Shown in pieces: positions 54,370 through 64,000 of a stretch of DNA of 64,000 bases. A program made the translations under genes and the position numbers. Source of the stretch: Mayamaea pseudoterrestris (Eukaryota); NCBI GenBank assembly GCA_027923505.1, contig BROI01000003.1, positions 124,001 to 188,000 of the forward strand, in the 5' to 3' direction. Every line of letters begins with the position of its first letter. Position 1 is the first letter of the stretch. The notes under the pieces are model-generated. The model was not told the DNA's origin, made no database searches, and saw only the letters and a program-made list of their open reading frames with translations.

Positions 54370-55845
54370 ATGACGAATCCATTGCAGCAGCTGGTTGCAA
54401 ACTTTTGGAAAATGTCTACCCTGTTGCGCAACGAAAAGCTCGCCGACGTTTGGATGAATCTTTCACCCGGCCAGTCGGCACTGGATGTTGGCGTGATTAC
54501 CAACAATGACTTGCACGACGAAAAAGTCCGACTCTGCTTTCGCAACTACACGGATCGCAACTTGCTGCTATGTTGGATGGATGATGAAGGGACGCCGCAT
54601 CACTTCTACAAACTCAAAATATGTCGGGTTGACGAAGATGCGCCAGTGACGGAAAACGATCATTTGGAGCAATCGTTTTGCGGACATGCCTTTGGCTTGT
54701 ACGAGTATGATGAAGACAACGTTCAGGATGACGACGAAGAGACGGCGCGCATGCCTCCAAGCGTTCTGCTGGAACCAAACACGCGACTGATTGGAGGATA
54801 TCGGCCACTGCGTTCCAAGCAAATGACGGTAACAAGATTGAGAAGGGGAACGAAGCAAGATGAAAGCCATAACGACGATGAGGAAGACGACGACGAACAA
54901 GACAAGGAGAAGCGCTTTCCTTGTCACCTGATTTGCATTGAAACTGCTCAAGAGACTATAACATGTCGACCCTGCAAAATGCTGCGAGGATCTTCGCCGA
55001 TTCGAGCAGTCGCGATGCAGAATAGACAAGCTGCCGATGCCTCCATTGAGTCTACCTTGGATATTAGCATTAGTAGCAAACTCGTGTATCTTGATCCGAC
55101 TCCGATTGATACAACGATTCAAAAGCTGTATTGTCAGTACCTGATTGCAAACTGGCCAGTATTCATGACCCAAGCCGACTACAAGAGTCTCACCAAGGGG
55201 CAAAAGCTGGCTCTGGAAACCGACTTGAGCATTCTGCAAGAGTGTTTGCCGGAACACGCTTCCAAGGCGCTCCGCTGCAACACGCCCCTGTACGTCAACA
55301 AGTCGCTCAAGTACGGCCCAGCGCTATGTCCGCAAAAGGCGTCGGGCATGTGCTTCCACCCCGGCATTGAATGGCTCGCCGAAAATGGCTTGCACCGGCA
55401 AAAGGTGGAATGCGTTGAAATGTACTCGCTGGCGGAATATCTAAAGGAGCGAAATGGCTTTTGGCAACCGGGCGGCTTGCTGCTTCATGAATATAGTCAC
55501 GCGTACCACTACAAGATGCTCACAGATGGTTACGACAATGCCACCGTCAAGGAATGCTACGACCAAGCTATGCGCGACAAGCTGTATGACGCGGTTCACT
55601 ACCACAAGATGGATGGCACCAAGCACTCCAAACCGACGCGCGCCTATGCGTGCACGGACCAAATGGAGTATTTTGCCGAGCTCAGTGTGGCGTTTTTGGG
55701 CGGCCTTGACGACGCGGTGGAATTCAACAAGTGGTTTCCCTTTAACCGCAGCCAGTTGAAGCAGCATGATCCGCGAGCATTCGCCATGCTTAAAAAAGTT
55801 TGGAAAATGGATGACTTGACACTACGAGGGAGTAATGGTCATTGA
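54370..55845 (+). CDS. VHL-beta-like domain fused to an HExxH zinc-metallopeptidase (MtfA / anthrax lethal factor-like zincin)
   Basis: N-terminal VRLCFRNYTDRNLLLCWMDDEGTPHHFYKL..EQSFCGHAF. C-terminal LLHEYSHAYH ... YACTDQMEYFAE ... FPFNRSQLKQHDP. Single exon. Confidence 0.7.
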   Translation: MTNPLQQLVANFWKMSTLLRNEKLADVWMNLSPGQSALDVGVITNNDLHDEKVRLCFRNYTDRNLLLCWMDDEGTPHHFYKLKICRVDEDAPVTENDHLEQSFCGHAFGLYEYDEDNVQDDDEETARMPPSVLLEPNTRLIGGYRPLRSKQMTVTRLRRGTKQDESHNDDEEDDDEQDKEKRFPCHLICIETAQETITCRPCKMLRGSSPIRAVAMQNRQAADASIESTLDISISSKLVYLDPTPIDTTIQKLYCQYLIANWPVFMTQADYKSLTKGQKLALETDLSILQECLPEHASKALRCNTPLYVNKSLKYGPALCPQKASGMCFHPGIEWLAENGLHRQKVECVEMYSLAEYLKERNGFWQPGGLLLHEYSHAYHYKMLTDGYDNATVKECYDQAMRDKLYDAVHYHKMDGTKHSKPTRAYACTDQMEYFAELSVAFLGGLDDAVEFNKWFPFNRSQLKQHDPRAFAMLKKVWKMDDLTLRGSNGH

Positions 55846-56178
55846 CGATCGATCGCCCGGCTGGTAGGCTGGCACTGCCTATGGTAGATGTCATGCGGCC
55901 CTCGACGAGTCGCACACGTTGCAAGCGTTATGTAATAATGCAGTATACACTATGGAGTTCCAATCTATCTGTAGCTTCACAGGAAGAAATTTTGATCACG
56001 CGAAAGACATCTATCGCCTACGGAATGGCAAATGTACAAGCATGAAGTAACGTGTAAATCATTTAACTTTAATACAATACACCGTACATTTTGTGTGTGT
56101 GTTTTACGCTATTTTGTACAAAGCGTAGCTGTGAACTTGTCTGAGTGCGTGACAAGCCCTGCAAGTATTATTTGCTGC

Positions 56179-57471
56179 TCACTCAAAGCACCCTTCCGTT
56201 CCATAGTAGTCGCCGCACCGGTCGGCTGCACCTGCTGCCGCCACCATGTTGTAGCCTTCCACCTCCAAATCATCCTCGACATGTTCCGTTTCGCGCCAGC
56301 ACCGACTCAAGTGCTCGCGAATGGGGTCCGTCTGCTGCGTCTGCGTCTTTATGAGCTTGAGCGTTAGCTCGGGTGATGGGCGTCCAAAAAAGACTTGCTC
56401 GCTCGTGCCGAGCCAGTAGAAGCAAAAGTATTGCGGACTCACAAGAATCAACTGTCCATCCACCCATAGTGGAAGCTTGTTGCTGTTGCTGCTCTCAACG
56501 TCACTTGGCCGCGGCGCCAGGAATATGGTGCCATCATTGTCAATGGTGGTGCGTGGTACTGGCTCCTCGACGCGACCTTTTCCCACGAAGCGTGGCAGAA
56601 AGGTTTGACCGCCCCACAGGGCGGCATCCGCCATGGCGTCGGCCTGCAGCTGAATGGGAGCCAAACCCATGGTTTCGTCACTGGCACCCAGTGGAACGGA
56701 AAAGATTGGCAACTGCTGCTGCTGCATGCTTGTGGTTCGTCCAGTCACCTTGTGCGCCACAAGCATGTCATCGTCCGTGTAGGTCACGTTGATGAGCTCA
56801 AACTTGCCGCCGCTGCCACCAAACTTGCCCACCCATAGTCCCTGCAGCTGAAACTGCGGCAGCGCCTCCCTAGCTTCCATTGCCTGCGCTTGGTAGTGCA
56901 GGGCGAGCGTGTATTGCCGCTGGCGCTGCGCCAAGTGGCTGCGCTGCTTGGCCGTGGCGTAAACGTATTCGGCGTCCACTTGCTGGGCTTGCAAGATGCT
57001 GCGTTCGAGTTGCTGAATGCGAGAGTCAAGTGTAGTTGAAGAAGAAGAAGAAGAAGAAGAAGAAATTTCGTCACTATGGAACGCTTGCCGCCGCCTTGTT
57101 TTTCGCCGACTGTTAGATTGTTGTTGCTGTAATCGGAGCGATTGCAGCTCCTGCGAAAGCTCCAAGACCTTGGCGCGGAGCGCTTGAAGATCGTCGCCTT
57201 GGAGAAACCGAGGACTTGGCGAGTCTGGCGTTTGTGGATCACTATTCTTGGAGTCTCCTCGAAGGTCGACGCTGCTAATGCCAGGTTGATAGGAAGATGA
57301 CGATGACGACGAGTCATCCTGTGCCGTCATGCTACGACATGTTACGGAAGCGCCAATGCTGCTGGTACTCATCCTGCGTGAAGCAATAATGTTGTGAAGG
57401 GGGTTCACAATGAAAGCGGCAGCGCCGTTTGACGAAAGAAGTAAAGAAACGGCGGTCCACCATGAGACCAT
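56179..57471 (-). CDS. Plastid-targeted DUF3506 / Cyclin_D1_bind-domain (EXECUTER-like) protein, paralogue 1 (intronless)
   Basis: Signal peptide ending AAA-FIV, Ser/Arg-rich transit peptide, coiled coil, LPQFQLQGLWVGKFG..ELINVTY..AHKVTG, WVDGQLI and FFGRPSPEL. Confidence 0.7.
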   Translation of the reverse strand: MVSWWTAVSLLLSSNGAAAFIVNPLHNIIASRRMSTSSIGASVTCRSMTAQDDSSSSSSSYQPGISSVDLRGDSKNSDPQTPDSPSPRFLQGDDLQALRAKVLELSQELQSLRLQQQQSNSRRKTRRRQAFHSDEISSSSSSSSSTTLDSRIQQLERSILQAQQVDAEYVYATAKQRSHLAQRQRQYTLALHYQAQAMEAREALPQFQLQGLWVGKFGGSGGKFELINVTYTDDDMLVAHKVTGRTTSMQQQQLPIFSVPLGASDETMGLAPIQLQADAMADAALWGGQTFLPRFVGKGRVEEPVPRTTIDNDGTIFLAPRPSDVESSNSNKLPLWVDGQLILVSPQYFCFYWLGTSEQVFFGRPSPELTLKLIKTQTQQTDPIREHLSRCWRETEHVEDDLEVEGYNMVAAAGAADRCGDYYGTEGCFE

Positions 57472-57950
57472 TGCTTGATAAGAATCGACTCGATTAGTCT
57501 AGCGAAAGTCCTGTAACTTAGACACGGCAGAAGAACGCTTTTGGTCGCGCAATATCTTTCGCAGCAAGAGGGCGAGAGAGAGGAGAGAAGGAACAAGTCA
57601 GACGCTTGGTTTGCTTGTGTCCAGGGTCGCGACAAGTTGCCGAGCCAATGGTGGAGCCGCACCTCTTCGGAAGGACGAAACGTCAGTCATCTTTTCCGGC
57701 CACGCCGACGACGTTTCTACTCTTTGGTGCACTCTGCCAGAACTTTGGTGTCACAATTTCGGCCAGCGCTCGACGAATCAACGAATTGAAACGCTGCAGA
57801 GTGTGAGAATGTGAAATGACGTACGTGTCGTAGGGCATAAGTCGCGTGACGCCGACACGAATGACGTCAAGTGACATGGAAAACGCTCGCTCACTTTTTG
57901 GCATTTGCCTCGCGACAACTTCCGTCAAGCACGCGACTCTTTGATCGACC

Positions 57951-59373
57951 ATGGTGGCACCTCAACGACGGCTAACTGCGTCCCTTTCTCTGTTGCTAGC
58001 GCTTGGCTTGAGCAGTCGCTTCACACAGTCCTTTGTCGCCGTTCGAACGCCAGCGCCGCGTCAAATTTTGCACCGCCTGCACGAAGCGTCATTGTCCGAC
58101 AAAAGCAGCAGCAACGACAATGACTACATGTACCATCCCTCCGAATTCTTGAATCTGGAACCACTGCCACCGCCGTCGGATCGACGACTGGAGCGGTTGC
58201 AACAGGAAATGGAGGCGCAGTCGCAGTTTGTCACCTTTGGCGACGAACTATGGAAACTTCGCGCCAACATGGACGACTTGTCGAAGCAACTGGTGCAGAA
58301 GATGCGAGCATCACTGCAACAGCAAAACAAGCAAAACAAAAAGGAATTAGAACATGTAGATGACGAGTTTGAGCATATACGACAGCAATTGCGTCGAATG
58401 GAAGCACAAGATCCCGAACTCGTCTACAAGCTCGAGCTGAGCGATGCCAAGGAAGCTATTTCGAAGCGCGACAAGGAACGTCACGAAGCCAAAGCGGTTG
58501 CGGCCCGAAGCTGCTTGCCACAGTTTCAGTTGGATGGCCTCTGGGTCGGCAAGTATGGAGCTCATGGATATGAGCTCATCAATGTGAGTGCAATCGATAC
58601 ATGCATAAGGTGCCAATAAGGGGCAGGTGCTGCATTTTGATAGGACGCATCTCGACGAGATGACATGAAATGTCATGCTATGACACCTGCACCATCACCA
58701 GCGCTCATCAAGCTTTACCCTTTTATTCTTAGGTAACCTACGTTGGTGACACATTGTTTGCTACCAAGGTTACGGGCGACCGCAACGTTCCCCGCGGTGA
58801 AATTACCTTTCAAATTGATCTAAGTCCGCTTCGCTCCGCCACCGACGCAGTGTTACAACCAATCGTCTTGTCCGAAAAGGCTGCCAGCAAGTGGAAGACC
58901 CAAAAGCTTCCACGCTATGGCGGTTTGGGACAAGTTGCCGAAAATGGCTTTCGAAACCATCAGTGGATGGTACGTTGATGCTCTCGGGACATGCATTCGG
59001 GAAAGAATGTATTTCCGTCAAACTCACATACCTGAAATTATTCTCTCAGGACGGCCAACTGATTATTATTGGCAAAGATTATTTTTCGTTCGCATGGATT
59101 CCGATTGAGCAGCAAATATTCTTTGGACGACCTTCGCCAGAGCTTGCACTCAAAATGTTACGTGAACATGGTGTTGCCCCGCTTCGATCATCTGTCGCTG
59201 CTGGACCCGTCAACGTCGACGACCAGCTCGAGGTACAAAAGGAGTATGCCATGCGATGCCTTGAGATGACAGATGAAGTGTTTGAAGACGAGTTGGATTT
59301 GGAGCTGGACGATGCGCCTGGGTTCAGCTGTATCTGGCGAGGCAATGACTCGGACGAGTGCTACTTTGAGTAA
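57951..59373 (+). CDS. Plastid-targeted DUF3506 / Cyclin_D1_bind-domain (EXECUTER-like) protein, paralogue 2 (3 exons, 397 aa)
   Basis: Introns 58584-58732 and 58970-59049. Signal peptide ending TQS-FVA. GLWVGKYGAHGYELINVTY..ATKVTGDRNVPRGEITF, GLGQVAENGF and WMDGQLI are present. Confidence 0.78.
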
Positions 59374-59538
59374 ATCGACCGCTAATTTACAGGTCACCTT
59401 GCGTACATACAAAGCAAACAGACGGAGCAACTGTATATGCATGCATCTTTAGAATCAAGGGCGATGAGACCATCCCCATACATACTGTATTATAACTACA
59501 GCTACATCATTCAACAAGAAATGCTGCAGTACGCGTAT

Positions 59539-61611
59539 TTATTGGCCCTTGTCCAGTAGCCTTCTTGTGTGTTTCTCAAGCTTCTTTTGCAGCTTCTTAC
59601 GAAGTCGAATCGAGACCTCCGAACCATCCGCGTTGGTAGTCGGAAAACCATCACTATCATATTCCAGAAAGCGCCCTTCATACACGCCCATCTTGAAAAA
59701 CATTTCGACCGGCACGTTACGGAGCTCGTCTTGTCTGCGACCAACATTAGCTTCGGCAGGAGCGCGATTGTTATTCATCGTAACTTCTTGATCGCCAGAT
59801 CCGTCTGGCACGCATGGTCGCCATAGGGATAAGTTGTTTCCGTTCGTGGTCGACTCGCCATCAAGTAACTCGATTCCAATTGCTCGGAACGTATTGTCTC
59901 GAGCATCATCACAGAGCTCAAGTATTTCACGAGCATGGGCCGAGTCCTTCTCAATTTTAAGCCCGCCCATGGCTGCTGCACGCACAGATGCCCGAAAATT
60001 GACCATCGCATCCAAAAGTACTCTTTCGCCGCCGGCGACAATCAAAGGTGCTGCATGACGAGCTTGCAGACCAGCGCGACAAGTGATGTCCGAAAAGCCA
60101 ATCATTGCACAAAGCTTTCGAACAGTTCGGTCCAACACTTGGATTGTTTCCACTATTCCTCCATTCGATTGCTTCAAGTACGTTGCACCCTTGTCAACCA
60201 AGTCTAGCAACTCTCGACAAAATGTCATCCCATCCATGTCGTTGTAGAGTGCGCGCATACATTGTTCGCGTGTTTCGTGTGCGCTCCATAGCAAGTCTCG
60301 GTCTATCGACGACCACTTGCAAGCATTGTTGCCTGGTTTGTTGATGCATTCTTGTGCACTGACTAGAAAACGAATCACCTTCATGCGCTGATCTCGCGCT
60401 TGTTCCATTTGCAACTGCGTAAACGTACTTGGTCCACGATAACTGGATTGGATGCACCACCAGCGAAAGTCGTCGGCTGGACTGGAAAATGGACTGTTAG
60501 TAGCTGAATCCAGCAAGTAGTCCTGAACAGTGACAAAATTCTTGAGCGACTTGCTCATTTTCATTCCATCAATGTGTAAATGACCCGTGTGCATCCAATG
60601 AGGAATCCAATGGTCGCTGATGGTAGATGCTGGCGACTGTCTTGAATCGACATTATTGTTTCCATGATCACTGCTGCAACACGCTGCCATGGCTTCACTT
60701 TGCGCAATCTCATTGGTATGATGCGGAAAATGCAAGTCGACTCCACCAATATGAAGATAGAAAGGAACAGGTTGTATTTCCTCTTGAACGGCTCGAATCA
60801 TGGCGGAACATTCAATGTGCCAGCCCGGGCGACCAGGCATGCCGTTGGGTCCATTCCATACCAAGGCTTCGCCATGCTTTTGACGTTTCCAGAGACAAAA
60901 GTCACGTTGCTGCTGCTGCCGCTGATTGGTGATTGATTCATCTTGTTCCGTCGCTGACGCGTCAGATTGTCCTTGCTGCTGCTCCATGAGCCGACAATCA
61001 CGTTTGGAGTCACCACCTCCACGACGAAACTGCAAATACGTTTTGCCCGTTTTTCGCTCATATTCCGACACTGAAAAGTACACGCCATCCTCCTGTTCAT
61101 GTGCGTAGCCATGACGCAGCAAGTCCTTGACGAACGGCACAATGTGCGAGTCAACGTAGTCCGTGACGCGCACGACCACGTGAGGCCGCTGCACGTTCAT
61201 CGCGTCCATGTCGCGCCAAAATTCCGACTCCAATCGACTCGATAGAGTCAGTGGATCTATACTTTGGTCACTGGAGGCTTTCAGTATCTTGTCGTCAACA
61301 TCGGTAACGTTCATGACGAACAAAATGGGTGCAGCAGATGGCTGCTGCTCCAGTATGCATCGCAGAATATCCACCCACACGTAGGTGCGCGCGTGACCCA
61401 AGTGCGCGGGAGCGTACACCGTTGGTCCGCACGTGTAGCAGGCGAACGGCTGATCCGTGGGTAAGCGTTCCAGTGACGCTGTCAGGGAATTGTAAAGGTG
61501 CAGGCTTGTAGGTTGCGGCGGTGCCGTTGTCGCGTCGGATGCAAGCCATCGCCTCCATACTGACCTTGCTGAAACGAAAAGGGGTCGTTTATTTCTGATG
61601 CATACTATCAT
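59539..61611 (-). CDS. CARS: Cysteinyl-tRNA synthetase (probably organellar)
   Basis: YTCGPTVY..HLGH, NVTDVDDKI, DFCLWK, GRPGWHIECSAM, GGVDLHFPHHTNE and KMSKS. The Arg-rich, acid-free N-terminus resembles a mitochondrial presequence. Confidence 0.93.
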   Translation of the reverse strand: MIVCIRNKRPLFVSARSVWRRWLASDATTAPPQPTSLHLYNSLTASLERLPTDQPFACYTCGPTVYAPAHLGHARTYVWVDILRCILEQQPSAAPILFVMNVTDVDDKILKASSDQSIDPLTLSSRLESEFWRDMDAMNVQRPHVVVRVTDYVDSHIVPFVKDLLRHGYAHEQEDGVYFSVSEYERKTGKTYLQFRRGGGDSKRDCRLMEQQQGQSDASATEQDESITNQRQQQQRDFCLWKRQKHGEALVWNGPNGMPGRPGWHIECSAMIRAVQEEIQPVPFYLHIGGVDLHFPHHTNEIAQSEAMAACCSSDHGNNNVDSRQSPASTISDHWIPHWMHTGHLHIDGMKMSKSLKNFVTVQDYLLDSATNSPFSSPADDFRWWCIQSSYRGPSTFTQLQMEQARDQRMKVIRFLVSAQECINKPGNNACKWSSIDRDLLWSAHETREQCMRALYNDMDGMTFCRELLDLVDKGATYLKQSNGGIVETIQVLDRTVRKLCAMIGFSDITCRAGLQARHAAPLIVAGGERVLLDAMVNFRASVRAAAMGGLKIEKDSAHAREILELCDDARDNTFRAIGIELLDGESTTNGNNLSLWRPCVPDGSGDQEVTMNNNRAPAEANVGRRQDELRNVPVEMFFKMGVYEGRFLEYDSDGFPTTNADGSEVSIRLRKKLQKKLEKHTRRLLDKGQ

Positions 61612-61872
61612 ATGTCGTGGTGTGATCTCTTTATAAAGCTGGCAGTCTATTTAGGTTGCAATTGAAAACGGACGCTGAATGAGGTTTTGGTCGAGACCCG
61701 ACAATGAAACGAGAAATAATGACGTAGCGTATGACGTTGCGACGTTATTTCAGTGCCGCAACCTAAAAGATTCCGCATCGCCAATTTTTCGGCGCAGATG
61801 GTCACGTTCAAAGCTTTCACTTCATTAAAGGTCAACACGCCGTTAAGACCTCATCATTCAACTGACTAAATA

Positions 61873-62838
61873 ATGGCATCAGTTCCAGAACACTATGCGC
61901 TTTGCGAAATGGCGAATCATTGCCTGGCGGAGCGCCACCACCGCCGAGCCGCAACCTTGCTATGGGAGGCCTTTCGCAAATGCCCTTCGTCATGGACGTG
62001 TGGACGTTACAACATGTTTTCAATGTATGTGAGTGCCTTGAGCGAAGATACTTCCAGCAAACCTACTAGAAAGGACCTCAAGAATCTACAGTCAGTTCTA
62101 GACGATGAGATGGAGCTCAAGATATTCAGAGTGGCGGCTGGACAAGCGTTGGGATTGTTTTATGGAAGCGTCTTTCATGAACATGAAGACGCTGCTGACT
62201 TTTTTCGTCAAGCGATAAGCTTGGCAGATGCAGTGTCGGAACGTGAATTGAAGGAATGCAACGCTCACTCCATTTCGAACGACGGCTCTGACATTCGCAA
62301 TACCCTTGGCGAGCTGCGAAGCAACTGCAAGGCGAATCTGAATGCCATGGAAAACCCAGCCATGCACCGATTTCGGGTTGGAGAACCTCCCAATCTACCT
62401 TCCACCTTTCATCAGCGGTCGGATGGAACGATTGCCGAAACCAAGCCTTACCTGATGGACCTTCCTTCGAACGATCCAAATCGCGCCAAGGTTGGCGGCA
62501 GCGATTGCGACCATTGCCTCAAGACATTGGCGGAACTTGCCATTCCAAGGCTGAGCATTTGCACGCGCTGCAAAATGGCCTACTACTGCTCCAAGGAGTG
62601 CCAAAAGGCAGCATGGCGAAAGGGTCACAAGGTTGCATGTCGAGCACCCGACCAGCGCGAACGAGGCGATTTGATGAGACTCTTGCCGCTCGGGACGGAA
62701 GAGGAACATGTGTCAAAGCTTGTTACATTGGTGGAACAGCTTGCCAATGGGCAGTGGCAAGTCAAGCTAACGACTGCTCCGCATGAAACGTTGATTGTGG
62801 ACTCGGATAGACTTGCTCACATTCGGCCCGATAAGTGA
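61873..62838 (+). CDS. MYND zinc-finger protein with TPR-like helical N-terminus
   Basis: CDHC...CTRCKMAYYCSKECQKAAWRKGHKVAC. Confidence 0.85.
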   Translation: MASVPEHYALCEMANHCLAERHHRRAATLLWEAFRKCPSSWTCGRYNMFSMYVSALSEDTSSKPTRKDLKNLQSVLDDEMELKIFRVAAGQALGLFYGSVFHEHEDAADFFRQAISLADAVSERELKECNAHSISNDGSDIRNTLGELRSNCKANLNAMENPAMHRFRVGEPPNLPSTFHQRSDGTIAETKPYLMDLPSNDPNRAKVGGSDCDHCLKTLAELAIPRLSICTRCKMAYYCSKECQKAAWRKGHKVACRAPDQRERGDLMRLLPLGTEEEHVSKLVTLVEQLANGQWQVKLTTAPHETLIVDSDRLAHIRPDK

Positions 62839-63130
62839 GGAGTATAGAGTAATCAAACTTCAAATCGTGTATCCTGCTATGCTTGAAGATGCGAGTATCT
62901 AGCACTACATATATACCGCAGTAGCTATTTCAGAGACGTCAATATCATAGCTACCAATAACCTTGCTCGGTCCCTCGGTGCAATGCAATTAGGACCTAGT
63001 TTTCAGTGCCGCTGAGTAGAGGAATCTCGAAACTTCGATCGAATTGCATGAGCAAATTCGACGATAACGACGATTCCTCCACATTATTGCCTCACAAAGC
63101 GAGGCAGCATTGAAAATTACCAAAACCACC

Positions 63131-64000
63131 ATGGCTACCAACGGCAAGCCTATAAGTAACGGGAATACTTGTATCAATGATGTCAAGAGTGAAATGAACA
63201 CGCAGCCTCCAGCACTACTCCGGAATTGGCTCCGCCTTTCTGCCTCGGTTCCCTCCATTCGCATCGGTCCACTCGACGTTACCATTACTCTCCTGACGAT
63301 TGCCGCTTTATCGACGCTTCGATTCGCGTTCATGTACATGCTCATTCACGTGTTCCAATGGCCAGACGCAATGATATCCCGCGACGCTGCCGCCAGTCTG
63401 GTTGGAATCTTTCACTCCGTCCTGCTCGTTCCAGCGTTGGCCGCCTGCTTCCTGGCGCACCCCTACAGTCCATCCGGCGCCATGGAGATTAGTCCATTGT
63501 GGTACCAGCGCGCCGTGACGGCGCTACTGCAGTTTTGCACTGGCTACATGATCTACGACGGCACGCTCAACATTCTCATACTCAAGTATCCAAACTACGC
63601 GCCGAGCGATCTCATGTTTCTCGGCCATCACTTGGCGACGACACTGTACATGACGGCGTGTCGTTTGCTGGAGCGCGGCCACCAGTCGGCCATGATGTGC
63701 ATGTTCTTGGGCGAGCTTACCAATCCCTTTCAAAACTCGTACATGGTGGCCGAGTTTGCCCAAACCTTGGAGTGCTGCAATGGACATGTATCGCAGTTGC
63801 TGTTTTCAGTGACGGAATGCGCCTTTTCAAGTATTTACTGTCTCATGCGCGTCATAATTGGCCCCATTTTGTGTTTGCATATTACCTTTGACCTGTGGTG
63901 GCGCGGGCGGCATACCATTCCATGGGGCGTGCTCGTGGTGTGGACCTTGCTCATTTGGGCAGTGATTATTGGAAGCATTCCGTGGATTCAAGATTGCTGG
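63131..64000 (+). CDS. TLC (TRAM/LAG1/CLN8) domain membrane protein, runs off the right edge
   Basis: ATG at 63131 (accATGG). My translation stays open to the window end with several TM segments and TLC motifs GYMIYD, FLGHH, GELTNPF and MR. It is absent from the ORF track because there is no stop in the window. Confidence 0.75.
   Translation, partial: MATNGKPISNGNTCINDVKSEMNTQPPALLRNWLRLSASVPSIRIGPLDVTITLLTIAALSTLRFAFMYMLIHVFQWPDAMISRDAAASLVGIFHSVLLVPALAACFLAHPYSPSGAMEISPLWYQRAVTALLQFCTGYMIYDGTLNILILKYPNYAPSDLMFLGHHLATTLYMTACRLLERGHQSAMMCMFLGELTNPFQNSYMVAEFAQTLECCNGHVSQLLFSVTECAFSSIYCLMRVIIGPILCLHITFDLWWRGRHTIPWGVLVVWTLLIWAVIIGSIPWIQDCW

Noticed and set aside
57038..57064. (GAA)n microsatellite
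   Set aside because: It encodes an in-frame poly-Ser tract of the minus-strand gene; ordinary low complexity.
1..64000. tRNA/rRNA genes or prokaryotic operon/defence systems
   Set aside because: None recognisable by eye; a tRNAscan-SE/Infernal run would be needed to exclude small RNAs.

Overview
Gene-dense eukaryotic nuclear DNA with short (about 65-150 nt) GT-AG introns. The gene content, ASAFAP-like bipartite presequences and the Ty1/copia type suggest a diatom (inference). In order along the window: an M14 zinc carboxypeptidase running off the left edge; a DOT1-like methyltransferase interrupted by a frameshifting 145-bp tandem duplication; a TTL-family (TTLL12-like) gene; a small putative DNA-binding protein; a GT47 and a GT-A-like glycosyltransferase; a cluster of four ankyrin-repeat paralogues; two low-complexity orphans; a 5'-truncated copia retrotransposon that keeps only its 3' LTR and is bracketed by diverged ~0.5-kb host repeats; a 7-exon, ~5,680-aa VPS13 with inserted PDZ and C2 domains; a sulfotransferase; a secreted mucin-like protein; a small secreted protein; a divergent dynein light intermediate chain; a serine racemase/dehydratase; an atypical importin-alpha with a Cys-rich C-terminal module; a VHL-beta + HExxH zincin fusion; a head-to-head pair of plastid-targeted DUF3506 (EXECUTER-like) paralogues; CysRS; a MYND-finger protein; and a TLC-domain protein running off the right edge. 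The best candidates for new biology are the EXECUTER-like pair, the VHL-zincin fusion, and the headless copia ORF fused in frame to a duplicated host upstream region. All family calls come from motifs recognised by eye; no database searches were run.
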